This document shows, in pieces, positions 7,930 to 18,054 of a stretch of 64,000 nucleotides of DNA. The first letter of the stretch is position 1. Every line of letters begins with the position of its first letter. This DNA comes from Opitutaceae bacterium (GTDB lineage Bacteria > Verrucomicrobiota > Verrucomicrobiia > Opitutales > Opitutaceae): positions 10,161 through 74,160 of the forward strand of contig JBEIGD010000018.1 in NCBI GenBank assembly GCA_040382075.1, given 5' to 3'. Made by a program: the position numbers and the translations under genes. A model generated the notes under the pieces. It was given only the letters and a program-made list of their open reading frames with translations, searched no databases and was not told where the DNA came from.

Positions 7930-10926
7930 TTAGAACGAGCCGGTGACGCCGAACTTGATCGACGTCGGGGCCATCAGGCGCTGGCTGACGCGGCTCGGGA
8001 TGAAGAAGTACTGCTCCGGTCCCTCTTCGGTGATGTTGTCGAAGTTGAGGAAGAACGTCGCCTCCGGGCGGTGGCGCCACGTGAACCCGACGTTGTACCG
8101 CAGCAGGTCCGCCTGGTAGCGGCTGAAGCCGGCGATCGACGAGAAGGCGACGAGATTGGCGCCCTTGAAGTTGGCGTCGAACGAAGCGCCGAATTTCTTG
8201 TAGTTGTAAAGGACTCGGGCGTTGAAGAGGCGCGGCACGAAGCCGGCGACCTGGTCGGTCGTGAGGGATGAGGTGCCGCCGAAGTCGCCCTCGGTCCGTT
8301 GGTACGTGTAGTTTCCGGAAACGGTGAGACCCTTGAGCAGCCCGGGCAGCATGGAGAGCCGTTGACTGTAGTCGAACTCGATGCCCTCCACCTTCGCGGT
8401 GCCGAGGTTGACCGACTGGGAGATCAGGTAGCCGCCGTACAGCCCGTCGAAGCCATTGTCCGGTCCGCTCGGCACGGTGAGTCCGACGCTGCGGGCGGAG
8501 CCGATGTAGTCGGTGATGGTCTTCTTGAAGACGCCGGCGGTGAGCTTGCCGTTGCTCTTGATGTAGTAATCGAGCTTGAGGTCATAGCCCTCGCCGAGTT
8601 GCGGGCGCAGCGACGGGTTGCCGATGGTGACCGTCTGGGCCGCATCGTTGGCGGTGACGCCTGGAATCATCTGCGCGAGGAGCGGGCGACCGTAGGTGTT
8701 CGCCCACCCGCCGCGGAGCTTCAGGTTCTCGGTGAGGTCGTAGGTGAAGTGGACGCTGGGGAAGGACTTGGAGTAGCGGCCGTCGAGACTGTTGCTGTTG
8801 AAGTCCATCTTGGCCCGCAGGTAGTGATCCGGCTGCGTGGCGATCGGGGTGGAGCGGGCGCGGAAGTAAGTGAAGGTCTCGGTCGACACCCGCTCGTGCC
8901 GAAGACCGCCGATCACGCGGAGTTTGCCGATGCGGGCGTCGCCTTGGATGTAGCCGGAGTCGACGCCCTCCTCCATGATGCGTCGGCTGGTGTACGGCGC
9001 CGTCGCATTGAAGTTCACGTCCTCGTACCAGAGCGCGGGATTGCTGAGCGTGGCGCTGACGGCGGCCGGCTTGAAGGCGGCGACGCGCTGGCTGCCGTTC
9101 GCGTTCTGGCGCTCGAATTCGCTCAGCGGCATGAGGTCGGTGTTCAGGACCGAGCCGATCACGCCGTACCAGCGGCGCGGGCTGTTCTGGTAGTTGTTCA
9201 CGCGGCGGTTCTGGGAATCGAGTCCCACCTTGAGCAGGAGCGGGATCCGGGTCTCGAACTCGTACTGCCCGTTGACGAAGGCGCTGACCTCGTTCGTCCG
9301 GGTGACGGTGTCGCGCTTGACGAAGCTGCGGGAGGTCTGGGGAACCGGGATGGTCGTGGTGTTGGCCGCCGTGAGCAGAATCGGCGTGTAGCTGTTCACA
9401 TCCCACACGGACGGCCCGCCCGTTTGGGTGAAGACTTTTCCGTCGAGGTCGGAGTTGTCGAGGATGAAGCCGAGCGGGGCGTTGAGGCGGCTGACGTACT
9501 GGCCGCCCTGGTTGCCGCGTCCGTGCCCGGAGTGCCAGCGGGTCATGGACCAGCGGTAGGCGTGCTCGACCTTGAGCCGGCCCCAATCGTGGTCGAAGCG
9601 CAGCGTGCCGGTGGGGTTCTTCGAGACGAAGGAGAAGTTCCAGGTCTCGACGTCGAAGCGGGTGCCGGCCGCGTTGCGGATCTCCGTGCGGTTGGCGGTG
9701 TAACCGGGCAGCACCAGTCCCGTGGTGCCGTTGAAGATGGTGCGGGTGCCGAATGGGTTGACGCGGACGCGGTCGTAGAACGGCTCGTAGCCCGCGTTGT
9801 AGATGAAGCTCAGCGAGGCGGTGGTGCTGTCGCTGACGCGGTAGTCGGCGCGGGCGGAGAAGCCGTGGATGATGCGGTGGTTCAGGCCGGAGCGCTTGTC
9901 GTAGTCATGGAAGAACGCGACCGGATCGGCGGTCTGCTGGTACTGCAGGAAGTCGTAGTCGATCTGGTTGACGACCTCCTGGTACGAGGCGTTCAGCGAG
10001 ATGCCGAGGTTGCGCTTGCCGCCGAAGACATCGAAGACCTCGGTGTAGTTGGCGCTGAAGTCGGGGTGGAGCGGGTGCTCGGACAGCGGCACATTGCGCT
10101 TCGACCAGGACGGGAAGTAGCGGCCGTTGACGTTGTAGCCGAAGCGGCGCTTCTCCTTCATGGCAAGCGGGGAGCGCGTGCGCAGGTTGACTTGACCGCC
10201 GAGGGAGTCGGCGCGCTTGTCCGGGGTCTGCGCGGCGACGACCTCGATCGCCTCGTAATTGGAGGCGGAGAAGGAGTGCAGGGTCGCGGTGCGACCGACG
10301 CCGGAGACGCCCGTGGCGGACATGCCGTCGATGTTCAGGCGGGTGTAGCTGTCGGGTTGGCCGCGGATGGAGATGTTGAAGATGAGGTCATCCTCGTCCG
10401 TTGTGTAGGTGATGCCGGGCAGGCGCGCGGCGAGTTCACCGACGTTCTGCGTGGGCAGGACGCCCCATTCATCGAGCGCGACGACGGTCTTGATGTTGCC
10501 CGCGTTGCGCTGCTCGGTGATCGACAGGGCCTGACCCTCCTTCATGGACTCGACCGTGAAGGGGGCGAGGGTGAGCACGTCAGAACTCGGCAGGACGATC
10601 GCGATGTTCTGAGCGCCGCCCGTGGTGAGCGCGGCCTCGACCGTCTGGTCCTTGAAGCCTGAATACGAAGCGGTGACCTTCACGGTGCCAGCCGGGACGT
10701 CGGAGAAGAGGAAGTGGCCGCTGCTGTCGGTGAGCACGGACCGGCCGCTGGACAGCGTGACCACCGCGCCTTGCAACGCGTTGCCGGTGCTTTGTGAGGT
10801 GACCGCTCCAGTGATGCGCCCGGTCTGGGCGGCGGCGGAGAGGGCGGTCAGGAGGGCGACGAACAGGCTGAGGACGAAACGCAACAGCCGCACGGACGAG
10901 GAACGACGGGGGTTCGGTTGGGTCAT
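7930..10926 (-). CDS. TonB-dependent receptor with N-terminal carboxypeptidase-regulatory-like domain
   Basis: Signal peptide. GRITGAVTSQSTGNALQGAVVTLS...SGHFLFSDVPAGTVKVTASYSGF (CarboxypepD_reg-like) followed by a plug and a large barrel. Terminal ...FGVTGSF. Confidence 0.85.
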   Translation of the reverse strand: MTQPNPRRSSSVRLLRFVLSLFVALLTALSAAAQTGRITGAVTSQSTGNALQGAVVTLSSGRSVLTDSSGHFLFSDVPAGTVKVTASYSGFKDQTVEAALTTGGAQNIAIVLPSSDVLTLAPFTVESMKEGQALSITEQRNAGNIKTVVALDEWGVLPTQNVGELAARLPGITYTTDEDDLIFNISIRGQPDSYTRLNIDGMSATGVSGVGRTATLHSFSASNYEAIEVVAAQTPDKRADSLGGQVNLRTRSPLAMKEKRRFGYNVNGRYFPSWSKRNVPLSEHPLHPDFSANYTEVFDVFGGKRNLGISLNASYQEVVNQIDYDFLQYQQTADPVAFFHDYDKRSGLNHRIIHGFSARADYRVSDSTTASLSFIYNAGYEPFYDRVRVNPFGTRTIFNGTTGLVLPGYTANRTEIRNAAGTRFDVETWNFSFVSKNPTGTLRFDHDWGRLKVEHAYRWSMTRWHSGHGRGNQGGQYVSRLNAPLGFILDNSDLDGKVFTQTGGPSVWDVNSYTPILLTAANTTTIPVPQTSRSFVKRDTVTRTNEVSAFVNGQYEFETRIPLLLKVGLDSQNRRVNNYQNSPRRWYGVIGSVLNTDLMPLSEFERQNANGSQRVAAFKPAAVSATLSNPALWYEDVNFNATAPYTSRRIMEEGVDSGYIQGDARIGKLRVIGGLRHERVSTETFTYFRARSTPIATQPDHYLRAKMDFNSNSLDGRYSKSFPSVHFTYDLTENLKLRGGWANTYGRPLLAQMIPGVTANDAAQTVTIGNPSLRPQLGEGYDLKLDYYIKSNGKLTAGVFKKTITDYIGSARSVGLTVPSGPDNGFDGLYGGYLISQSVNLGTAKVEGIEFDYSQRLSMLPGLLKGLTVSGNYTYQRTEGDFGGTSSLTTDQVAGFVPRLFNARVLYNYKKFGASFDANFKGANLVAFSSIAGFSRYQADLLRYNVGFTWRHRPEATFFLNFDNITEEGPEQYFFIPSRVSQRLMAPTSIKFGVTGSF

Positions 10927-11095
10927 GGTGAGGACCGGTCACCTTGGGTTTTCGCGCCGAGGGCGCGGGCGACCGCTCGATACCCAACGTTTGTAGAAGC
11001 AGATGACTGACTCCAAGCTGTTTCTATAGGTGATGGCCCAAAACCGGCCTCGACGGGGTCCGGGTGCGCGGCACGCCGACCTTCCCCGAGCCGGT

Positions 11096-12052
11096 TCAAA
11101 CCATGCCCCAGGCCCGGAAGCGCGCTCCGAGGTCGCGAACGATCTCGCGGTACAGGCGGTGGGAGGACTCCGAGACCACGGCCTTCGGCGACCCGGGATT
11201 CAGACCCCGAGCCTCCATGCCGGCGGCAACATTGAGCGGGAACGTGAGGCGGTCGATGATCTCGCCGATTTCGCGCAGGCGTTCAAATGCCGGCGCGATG
11301 TCACCGGTCCGGCCGAGGCGGCACACATTGAAGAGGTGGACCATCAGATCGGGGGCGATGTTGACCAGCCCGCCGATGCAGCCGGCGGCGCCGATCCCGA
11401 AGACTTCCGGCAGGCGCGTATCCGCCCCCGAGAAGACCACGAAGTTCCGTTGTGTTCCAAGCGCGACCAGATCGCGGTGGTAGGCGAACTCGCGCCCGCT
11501 TTGCTTGATGCCCGCCATCGGACCGCGCTCGGAGAATGCCTGGACGGTGGAGAGATCGATCCGCGTGCCGGTCAGCTCGGGGAAGTTGTACAGAAAGGTC
11601 GGCAGTTGCGCGGCATCGGCTGCATGCAGGAAGTGCGCGAGCAGATCGTCCTGCCGCGACGGGAAGAAGCCCGGTGGCATGATCGCGATGGCCGGCAGAC
11701 CGAGCTGCCGCGCGAAGCGACCGAGCTCCGCGACCGCGCGCGGCCGGATGTCGCTCACGTTCGCGATGACGGGAAGGGGGTGCGCCAGCTCGGCGACGCA
11801 TTCCAGGACCCGTTTGCGCTCCTCCAAGTCGAACTGGGGAAATTCGCCCGTGCTTCCGAGGGCCAGGATGCCATGGACACCGTGGCGGCGGAGAAACCCG
11901 AGATGGGCCGCGAGCGCCTCGCGCTCCAATTGACCATCCGCACGGGTGGGCAACCAGAGCGCGGCAAAGATGCCCTGCCTTGGTGTGGCGTTGGAAAAGG
12001 CGGCAGTGGGACGAGCGGAGGCCGGCGCGTCGGCGGTCAGGGTCGGGTTCAT
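11096..12052 (-). CDS. DapA/DHDPS-family class I aldolase or dehydratase (not necessarily lysine biosynthesis)
   Basis: Motifs ALGSTGEFPQF and AGIKQSG (Schiff-base Lys context). Start taken at ATG 12050-12052 (MNPTLTADAP...), which overlaps the upstream stop by ATGA. Confidence 0.75.
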   Translation of the reverse strand: MNPTLTADAPASARPTAAFSNATPRQGIFAALWLPTRADGQLEREALAAHLGFLRRHGVHGILALGSTGEFPQFDLEERKRVLECVAELAHPLPVIANVSDIRPRAVAELGRFARQLGLPAIAIMPPGFFPSRQDDLLAHFLHAADAAQLPTFLYNFPELTGTRIDLSTVQAFSERGPMAGIKQSGREFAYHRDLVALGTQRNFVVFSGADTRLPEVFGIGAAGCIGGLVNIAPDLMVHLFNVCRLGRTGDIAPAFERLREIGEIIDRLTFPLNVAAGMEARGLNPGSPKAVVSESSHRLYREIVRDLGARFRAWGMV

Positions 12053-14085
12053 CGATCGAGAGGAAGCGAGTACAGGAATCCGTCTTCGGCACCGATCACG
12101 AGGACCGGGTGCGCGTAGCCGGGCCAACGTGCGATGGTCGGCGTGGTGGAGTGGGAGGCCAGCAGGTGCGTGTGCACGGAGCCGGAGTCCTGAAAGCGCC
12201 AGCGTCCCTCGGCGTCGCGACCAAGGCCGCGCAGCACATTGACGTTGGTGCTGCTGTTCACCAGCAGGTCGAGCTCCCCGTCTCCGTCCCAGTCGTGGAA
12301 GATGAAGGTGCGCCGCCCGCTGCCACCCGCCCGGCGTTCATTCATCCGCAACAGGCCGGATACCTGGTTCATCGGGCGTCCGCCGCCGTCGTAGCTGCTC
12401 ACGCCCTCGGCCCAGAAGACGCGCTGCGGAGGGAGGAGCTGGAGTTGACCGTCCTTTCCGCGCCGCCGCTCGAAAAGCGCGAGGTAGCCTTCCTGGTCGA
12501 GCATGACGAGATCGGTCAGTCCGTCGCGGTTCCAGTCGATCATGGTCGGCGTGGTGCGCCACTGCGTGACCAACTCCTTGCCCACCGGCTTCCACCAGAC
12601 CCACTGCGGCTTCGGCGTCTCGCCCGGCCATTCCACCTGCAGGGACTCCGGCTTGGCGAGGCGTGGTTCCGTGCGGGTACCGATGTTTCGGAAGAAGAGC
12701 ACGCGCCCCCAGATGCCGTTCGTCAGGATGTCGGGGAGTCCATCTCCGTCCCAGTCGCCCACCGATGGATTCGTGTAGCCCCACTTGGCCTCCGCCGGAC
12801 CCTGGATGGAGCCGTTCGGTCCGGCCTGCTCGCGGAAGACCTGATCGCCCGCCGCGAGGTAGACCGGTGCGGCCCAGCGCACGGGATTGCCCCCAAGGTT
12901 CTTGATGAAGCCGATGTAGCCGGCGGTGTTGCCGACGATCAGGTCCTCGAGCCCATCGCCGTCCCAGTCGACGCTCACCGGTGCGGCCAGCGCTCCGAAC
13001 TTCACGTTGTCCGCCTGCTGCCGGAAGTAGCGCGGCGGGAGAAACTGCGGCAGGCCGTCGACGATCTTGCCCGTGTTCTCGATGAAGGCCACGCGGCCGT
13101 CCTCGTCGCCGACGACGAGGTCGACGTCACCATCGCGGTCGAAATCCACCGCCACCGGGACGATCATGCACAGGTCCATCGTCAAGTGGCGTCCCCCGAC
13201 CATGAGACGGCGGCCCGGCGCGTAGCGCGGCTCGCGGCGGGACCCGACGTTCTCGAAGTAGGTGAAGCCGTCGACGAATTCGCCGCAGAGGAGGTCGAGA
13301 TCGCCGTCACGATCAAAGTCCTCGAAGTTGGGCGAGGGCATGCCGTAGACATCGACGGGGTTGCCGTCGTTCATGAGGATGCGAACCGGTGCTCCGTAGC
13401 GCGGGGCGGCGTCGGTGCCCTCATTGGCGAGGAGGTAGACAAATCCGCGCAACGGCCCCCGGGTCCAGCGGCCTTCCGAGTCGAACGCGTCGTCCCAGCC
13501 GTAGTCGCCCCAGTAGCCGACGCCCACAACGAGGTCTTGCGCGCCGTCGCCGTTGTAGTCGGCGAACTTCCACTGGTTGCCGCGGACCCGCCCCTCGGCG
13601 ACGTGGATCTTGAGCGGATCGCCGAGTTCGACCGGTTTCTCGAAGGCCTGGGTGCGGAACTCCGGATGGAACCGGCCTGAGGTGGTGACCATGGGCCGCC
13701 CCGCGACGTAGGAAATTGAAGGTGACGTCTGGCGTTCCCAGGGGCCTTCGCCGGCCCGGCCGATCACGCGACCGGGGGCAAAGATGGGCAGGTGGGTTGA
13801 GGGATCGATCTCCCCGGTGTTGCGGAAGACGTAGATGCCGTTGGAGGGACGGTCGGTGCAGGCGACCACGAGGTCCATGAGCCCGTCCTCGTCGAAGTCC
13901 ATCGGGAGCGGCCAGGCCCACAGGCCTACGCCGAGATCCACCAGCAGCCCGGGGTTCTGGTGTTTCAGATGGGCGATGCGCTGGTCGGGATCGGTGGCCG
14001 CGGTAAGCGTGGCGGCAGCGGCGCAGACGCACAGCGCGAGGAGCCGGGTGACGGGCGGTGGACGGAGTAAGGAGCGGAGGGACAT
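12049..14085 (-). CDS. Secreted FG-GAP/VCBS-repeat beta-propeller protein
   Basis: Signal peptide. Eight D-x-[DN]-x-D-G loops: DFDEDG, DYNGDG, DFDRDG (twice), DWDGDG (three times), DWNRDG. Each is followed by a hydrophobic strand (DLVV, DLIV). Confidence 0.75.
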   Translation of the reverse strand: MSLRSLLRPPPVTRLLALCVCAAAATLTAATDPDQRIAHLKHQNPGLLVDLGVGLWAWPLPMDFDEDGLMDLVVACTDRPSNGIYVFRNTGEIDPSTHLPIFAPGRVIGRAGEGPWERQTSPSISYVAGRPMVTTSGRFHPEFRTQAFEKPVELGDPLKIHVAEGRVRGNQWKFADYNGDGAQDLVVGVGYWGDYGWDDAFDSEGRWTRGPLRGFVYLLANEGTDAAPRYGAPVRILMNDGNPVDVYGMPSPNFEDFDRDGDLDLLCGEFVDGFTYFENVGSRREPRYAPGRRLMVGGRHLTMDLCMIVPVAVDFDRDGDVDLVVGDEDGRVAFIENTGKIVDGLPQFLPPRYFRQQADNVKFGALAAPVSVDWDGDGLEDLIVGNTAGYIGFIKNLGGNPVRWAAPVYLAAGDQVFREQAGPNGSIQGPAEAKWGYTNPSVGDWDGDGLPDILTNGIWGRVLFFRNIGTRTEPRLAKPESLQVEWPGETPKPQWVWWKPVGKELVTQWRTTPTMIDWNRDGLTDLVMLDQEGYLALFERRRGKDGQLQLLPPQRVFWAEGVSSYDGGGRPMNQVSGLLRMNERRAGGSGRRTFIFHDWDGDGELDLLVNSSTNVNVLRGLGRDAEGRWRFQDSGSVHTHLLASHSTTPTIARWPGYAHPVLVIGAEDGFLYSLPLDR

Positions 14086-14321
14086 GGGTGGCGTTGAGAG
14101 GCTGGGTCTTCGTCGACGATCTGCCTCTCGAAGTGCGCCTCGTTGGGGACGTCAAGTCATTGCGTCGCCCCGCCCCGGCGTTCGGGTGTTCTCCGTCGTC
14201 CGGGGAAGCGTGACCGCATCCGGCGGTGTCGCGAGGGCGAGGACCCGCAGAGCCCAGACGCGCGGGACGTCGGGATGCGGGTCAGCGAGGCCAGACGCGC
14301 GCCGTGGGTGCACACCGGCAC

Positions 14322-16613
14322 TTAGAACGTCGTGGAGACGCTCAGTCTGTAGGTACGCGGAGGCTGGTCGCGCGTGATCAGAAACGGTGCCTCGGTGAGG
14401 TTCGTGACCATGAGTTCAAACTGGTACTTGCGCCACGAGTAGGTGGCGCCGGCATCGAAACTGTATTGAGCGTCCGGAATGTACGCGAAGCCGTGGCCGC
14501 TCGCGAGCGACGCCAGCAGCTTGCCGACGGCGGTGACGCCGCCCTTGATCTCCCATCCCTGCTGGCGGGCGTCGCGCAGACTGTGCTTCACGAAGAGGTT
14601 GCCGGTCCATTTCGGTGCGAAACGCAGCGGGATCGTGCCCGGGTTGTTCGTGGCGACGCTCCAGCCTTCGGAATTGGCCTGGCCCTTGAAGAGCTGGGAG
14701 GTGTCCATGACCGTGTAGTTGGCGATCACAGACAGCGAGTCATTGATCGCACCGTACGCGGTGAACTCCAACCCCTTCGTGGAGCCATCGTACTTAAAGG
14801 TTTCCGCGATGTTGATCGGGGTGCCGAAGTCGCTCGGCGCCTGAGATGTCGTTGTGGAGGTGAACGTGATTGTCAGGTCCTTCTTCGCCATCTCCCAGTA
14901 GTTGGCCGTGAACGAGAGCCGTCCCCCCAGCAACTCTCCCTTGACGCCCGCCTCCTTCAACTCCGTGCCGGGACTGATGGCGAAGAATTCGTTCAGGCGC
15001 GGGTCACCCGGAGTGAGCCGCGTGGCGCGCTGAACCGACGATGGAGTGTCGTTCTGCAGGCTGTTGACGACGTAAACCGAGAGGCTGGGGTTGATCTTGA
15101 ACGTCGCGCCATAGCGCCAAGAGTTGAGCGTCTGCCGGGAGCCGGCGGTGCGCAGGCCCGTGATCTTGCTGCGGGTTTCGAAGACATCCTTGTCCGAGCG
15201 CAGCCCGCCCGTGATCAGGAGCCGCTTCTGGAAGAACGCGACATCCTGCTGGACGAAGTAGCCACGGCTGTAGGAGTCGTTCTCCGTGTAGGTGGCGCGC
15301 GGCAGGTTCGCGACGCGGCCGTTGAAATAGGAGGCGCTGTATCCGCCGGCCTTCATGGCCGCCAAGTTCAGGGTGTTGAACGGTGCGGCGGGGATTCCGT
15401 TGTAGAAGCTGTCCTCAAACGAACCGTCATCGTACGAGTAGCCGACCATGGTCATGGCGGCGGCGACCGAGCCGAGATTGTACTTGGCGACGAGGTCGCC
15501 CTGCGCCGTCTGACCGCGGCGCCAGCCGACGGAGCCCTGGCTCGACGACGGGATGAGCGTCGTGAGGTTGTTTTCACCCGTCCACCAGTACTGATTGTAG
15601 CCAAAGTACCGCACGTGGCCCACTTGGCGGAAATACAGCCAGTCGTTGAACTGGTGGGTGAGAAAGACCGTGGTGTTGGCAACCTTCGTCTTGTCGTCGT
15701 TGCCCGGGCCGGAGATGTTGAAGTCGTAGGGCAGGCCGAGGGCGGTGATTGGATCGGTGCTGTTGTCGTAACGCGGAATCAGTCGGCGGAGCTTCTCGGG
15801 ATAAAGGGCGAAGCCGTGTCCTTCTTCGCGCGACGGCGTCAGCAGGTCGAGGAGCTCGGCGTTCACATTGAGTTCGGTCCGCGGCGTGATCTGCCACTTG
15901 AACGAGGGGTAGAGCACCCGGCTCTTCACCTTTTGGAACTGGATGTAGTCATTGCCCTGCTGCCAGGCACCCGCCACGCGGGCTGCGAACGCCTGCTGAC
16001 TTCCCGGCGTGATGTTGGCGTCGAACTCCACGCGGTTCATGTAGCCATCGTACTCGTCGAAGCTGAACGCATACTTGACGAAGCGGGAATTGGACCCGAT
16101 CTGCGGCTTCTTGGCGATGTAGTTGAGCAGGCCGGACCCGCCCGCACGACCCTGCACGGCGGAGGGAGGTCCTTTCACGACCTCCAGCCGCTCGTAACCC
16201 ACGAGGTCGCGCTTGTTGTTTCCCATGCGCACACCGTCGACCGAAATCGAGCCAGGCGTCTCGAAGCCGCGGAGGCTGATGTTGTCGCCGTTGCCAGCGT
16301 GTCGGTTGCGCACGAAAACGTTCGCGAGGTACTTGAAGGACTGGTCGAACGACGTCGCACCAATGTCGTTCCAGAATTCTTTGGTCACGATGTCGACGGA
16401 TTGCGGGATATCGATCAGCGCGGTGTTGGTGCGGGTGGCGGTGGACGCGGAGGACACGCGGTAGCCCTTGGAGGCTTCGGCCGTCACCTCGAAGGGACGA
16501 AGGGTGATCGGAGCGTCGGGCTTCGCGGACGGGGTCGAGCTCTGAGCGAACGCGGCGCCGGCGGCGCCGGCGGCGAGGACAAGCAGGCGGGGGGTCAGAC
16601 GGATCAGGGTCAT
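14322..16613 (-). CDS. TonB-dependent receptor
   Basis: Signal peptide MTLIRLTPRLLVLAAGAAGAAFAQ. Plug motifs (TALIDIPQSVDIVTKE, ERLEVVKGPPSAVQGRAGGSG). Terminal ...LSVSTTF. Confidence 0.85.
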   Translation of the reverse strand: MTLIRLTPRLLVLAAGAAGAAFAQSSTPSAKPDAPITLRPFEVTAEASKGYRVSSASTATRTNTALIDIPQSVDIVTKEFWNDIGATSFDQSFKYLANVFVRNRHAGNGDNISLRGFETPGSISVDGVRMGNNKRDLVGYERLEVVKGPPSAVQGRAGGSGLLNYIAKKPQIGSNSRFVKYAFSFDEYDGYMNRVEFDANITPGSQQAFAARVAGAWQQGNDYIQFQKVKSRVLYPSFKWQITPRTELNVNAELLDLLTPSREEGHGFALYPEKLRRLIPRYDNSTDPITALGLPYDFNISGPGNDDKTKVANTTVFLTHQFNDWLYFRQVGHVRYFGYNQYWWTGENNLTTLIPSSSQGSVGWRRGQTAQGDLVAKYNLGSVAAAMTMVGYSYDDGSFEDSFYNGIPAAPFNTLNLAAMKAGGYSASYFNGRVANLPRATYTENDSYSRGYFVQQDVAFFQKRLLITGGLRSDKDVFETRSKITGLRTAGSRQTLNSWRYGATFKINPSLSVYVVNSLQNDTPSSVQRATRLTPGDPRLNEFFAISPGTELKEAGVKGELLGGRLSFTANYWEMAKKDLTITFTSTTTSQAPSDFGTPINIAETFKYDGSTKGLEFTAYGAINDSLSVIANYTVMDTSQLFKGQANSEGWSVATNNPGTIPLRFAPKWTGNLFVKHSLRDARQQGWEIKGGVTAVGKLLASLASGHGFAYIPDAQYSFDAGATYSWRKYQFELMVTNLTEAPFLITRDQPPRTYRLSVSTTF

Positions 16614-16708
16614 GGGTAGGGGTGTGACGTGCGAGGTTGACGTGACGCGATCCGCACGGCCGGCGACCCTCGGGGCGAGTTCCGGAAGCGATTCGCTAGG
16701 GCAAAAAA

Positions 16709-16745
16709 GCTAAATGGATTTAGCAAATGCAAGAAAATTTTGCAT
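16709..16745. promoter_or_regulatory. Two adjacent palindromes in an AT-rich island (candidate LacI-type operators or promoter of the TBDR)
   Basis: GCTAAAT-GG-ATTTAGC at 16709-16724 and ATGCAA-N7-TTGCAT at 16727-16745. They lie 96-132 bp upstream of the TBDR start (16613) and just downstream of the LacI gene stop (16772). Confidence 0.4.
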
Positions 16746-16771
16746 GGGGTGTGAGTTGGGGGAGGCCGCGG

Positions 16772-17860
16772 TCACCGGGCGCGGCGTCTGGACCGAGCCT
16801 TCGCGGCGTCGCCGGCGGAGCGCGCGCGGCGGGTGGACTCGCGGAGGAAGACCGGCGGGACGACAAGCACCTCGGGAGGAACGGTTTCCCCGCGCAGCAG
16901 GCGGAAGAGCAGCGGCACGGCTTCCGCGACCATGGCCTCGTTCGCGCCGGCGACGGTCGTCAGCGGGGGGTCGAAGAACTCGGCCAGTTCGTGGTCGCCC
17001 ACGCCGACGACGGCCACGTCGGCCGGAATCCGCACGCCGAGGTCGCGGAACACGCGGTACGCGCCGATCGCGAGGCTGTCGGTGACGGTGAAGAGTCCGT
17101 CGACGCGTCCGCCGCGCGCCCAGTGCTGTTCAAGAGCGGCGGCGGCCTGGCGTGGCTGGAGACCCTCGGAGACAAGCACGGTGGGCTCGCGGCCGGTGCG
17201 TTCGCGGAGGGTGTGCCGGAACGCCGCCAGGCGGTCGGCGGTGGTGTGCGTGAGCAGTCGCCCGTGGATCACGGCGGGCGCGCGGCATCCGGCGTCGATG
17301 AGAATCTCCGCGGACCTCCGTCCGACGAATTCCGGCGCCTCCAGCACGCAGCAGCGCCCGGGAATGCGTCGCCCGAGGATCACCGCCGGGTAGGGCAGGG
17401 CGGCCTCCGCGAGGAAGCGGTCGTCCTCCGGCAGGGTGTTGGTCAGGATCACGCCGTGATAGCGATCCGCGTCGAGCAAGCCGGTCTTCTCGCGGATGCG
17501 CCCGGCATGAAACATCTCGATCGCCACGGCGTAGCGGGTGTCGGCGGTGCTCTGCACCTCGACGGCCCGTTGCAGGGCGTGGAGCGCCTGACCGACCAGC
17601 GGCAGCGGGGCCTCGAACGACGTGAGGATGGCGAGGTCGATCTGCCGGGTCGCGGTGCGGTGCGCCCGCAAGCGGCGTCCCGCCATGTTCGGGATGTAAC
17701 CGAGTGACTGGGCAGCCGCGCGGATCCGCTCCACCGTGGCCGGGGCGATGCGCCGCTCGACGTGCCGGTGGGCAAGCACCGAGGAGACCGTCGCTGCGGA
17801 CACACCCAAATGGCGCGCGATCTGGTGGACGGTGACCGGGGGGCGATGGGCCGGCTTCAT
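16772..17860 (-). CDS. LacI-family transcriptional regulator
   Basis: N-terminal [25 protein letters not shown]...[18 protein letters not shown] followed by a periplasmic-binding-protein-like domain. Confidence 0.85.
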   Translation of the reverse strand: MKPAHRPPVTVHQIARHLGVSAATVSSVLAHRHVERRIAPATVERIRAAAQSLGYIPNMAGRRLRAHRTATRQIDLAILTSFEAPLPLVGQALHALQRAVEVQSTADTRYAVAIEMFHAGRIREKTGLLDADRYHGVILTNTLPEDDRFLAEAALPYPAVILGRRIPGRCCVLEAPEFVGRRSAEILIDAGCRAPAVIHGRLLTHTTADRLAAFRHTLRERTGREPTVLVSEGLQPRQAAAALEQHWARGGRVDGLFTVTDSLAIGAYRVFRDLGVRIPADVAVVGVGDHELAEFFDPPLTTVAGANEAMVAEAVPLLFRLLRGETVPPEVLVVPPVFLRESTRRARSAGDAAKARSRRRAR

Positions 17861-18054
17861 CCCGAAAGCGGAACGCGATCCGCGCCGGGACGCAATCCCG
17901 CGTCACGCGCCTCCTCTCCTGGGTGACGCACGCCTCCTCTGCACAAAAGCTTGAGCGGAGCGCTCGCCAGCGTATGGGTCGGGCTCGTCGGAGGCCGCCG
18001 GCGAGTCCACGCGCTCATCCCGGGCCCGTCGCTGCGCGACCTCCCTTCATCGCG

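Noticed and set aside
8299-10662. Very long ORFs antisense to or overlapping confident genes. Examples are 8299-10662(+), 14226-16619(+), 23474-25888(+), 30762-32690(-), 32219-34003(-), 34143-35612(-), 35924-37363(-), 38678-40462(+), 48853-50250(+) and 51608-53035(-).
   Set aside because: Their translations are Arg/Gly/Ala/Pro-rich low-complexity strings with no recognisable motifs, and each mirrors a gene with strong family signatures on the other strand. This is typical shadow-frame behaviour of GC-rich DNA, not overlapping genes.
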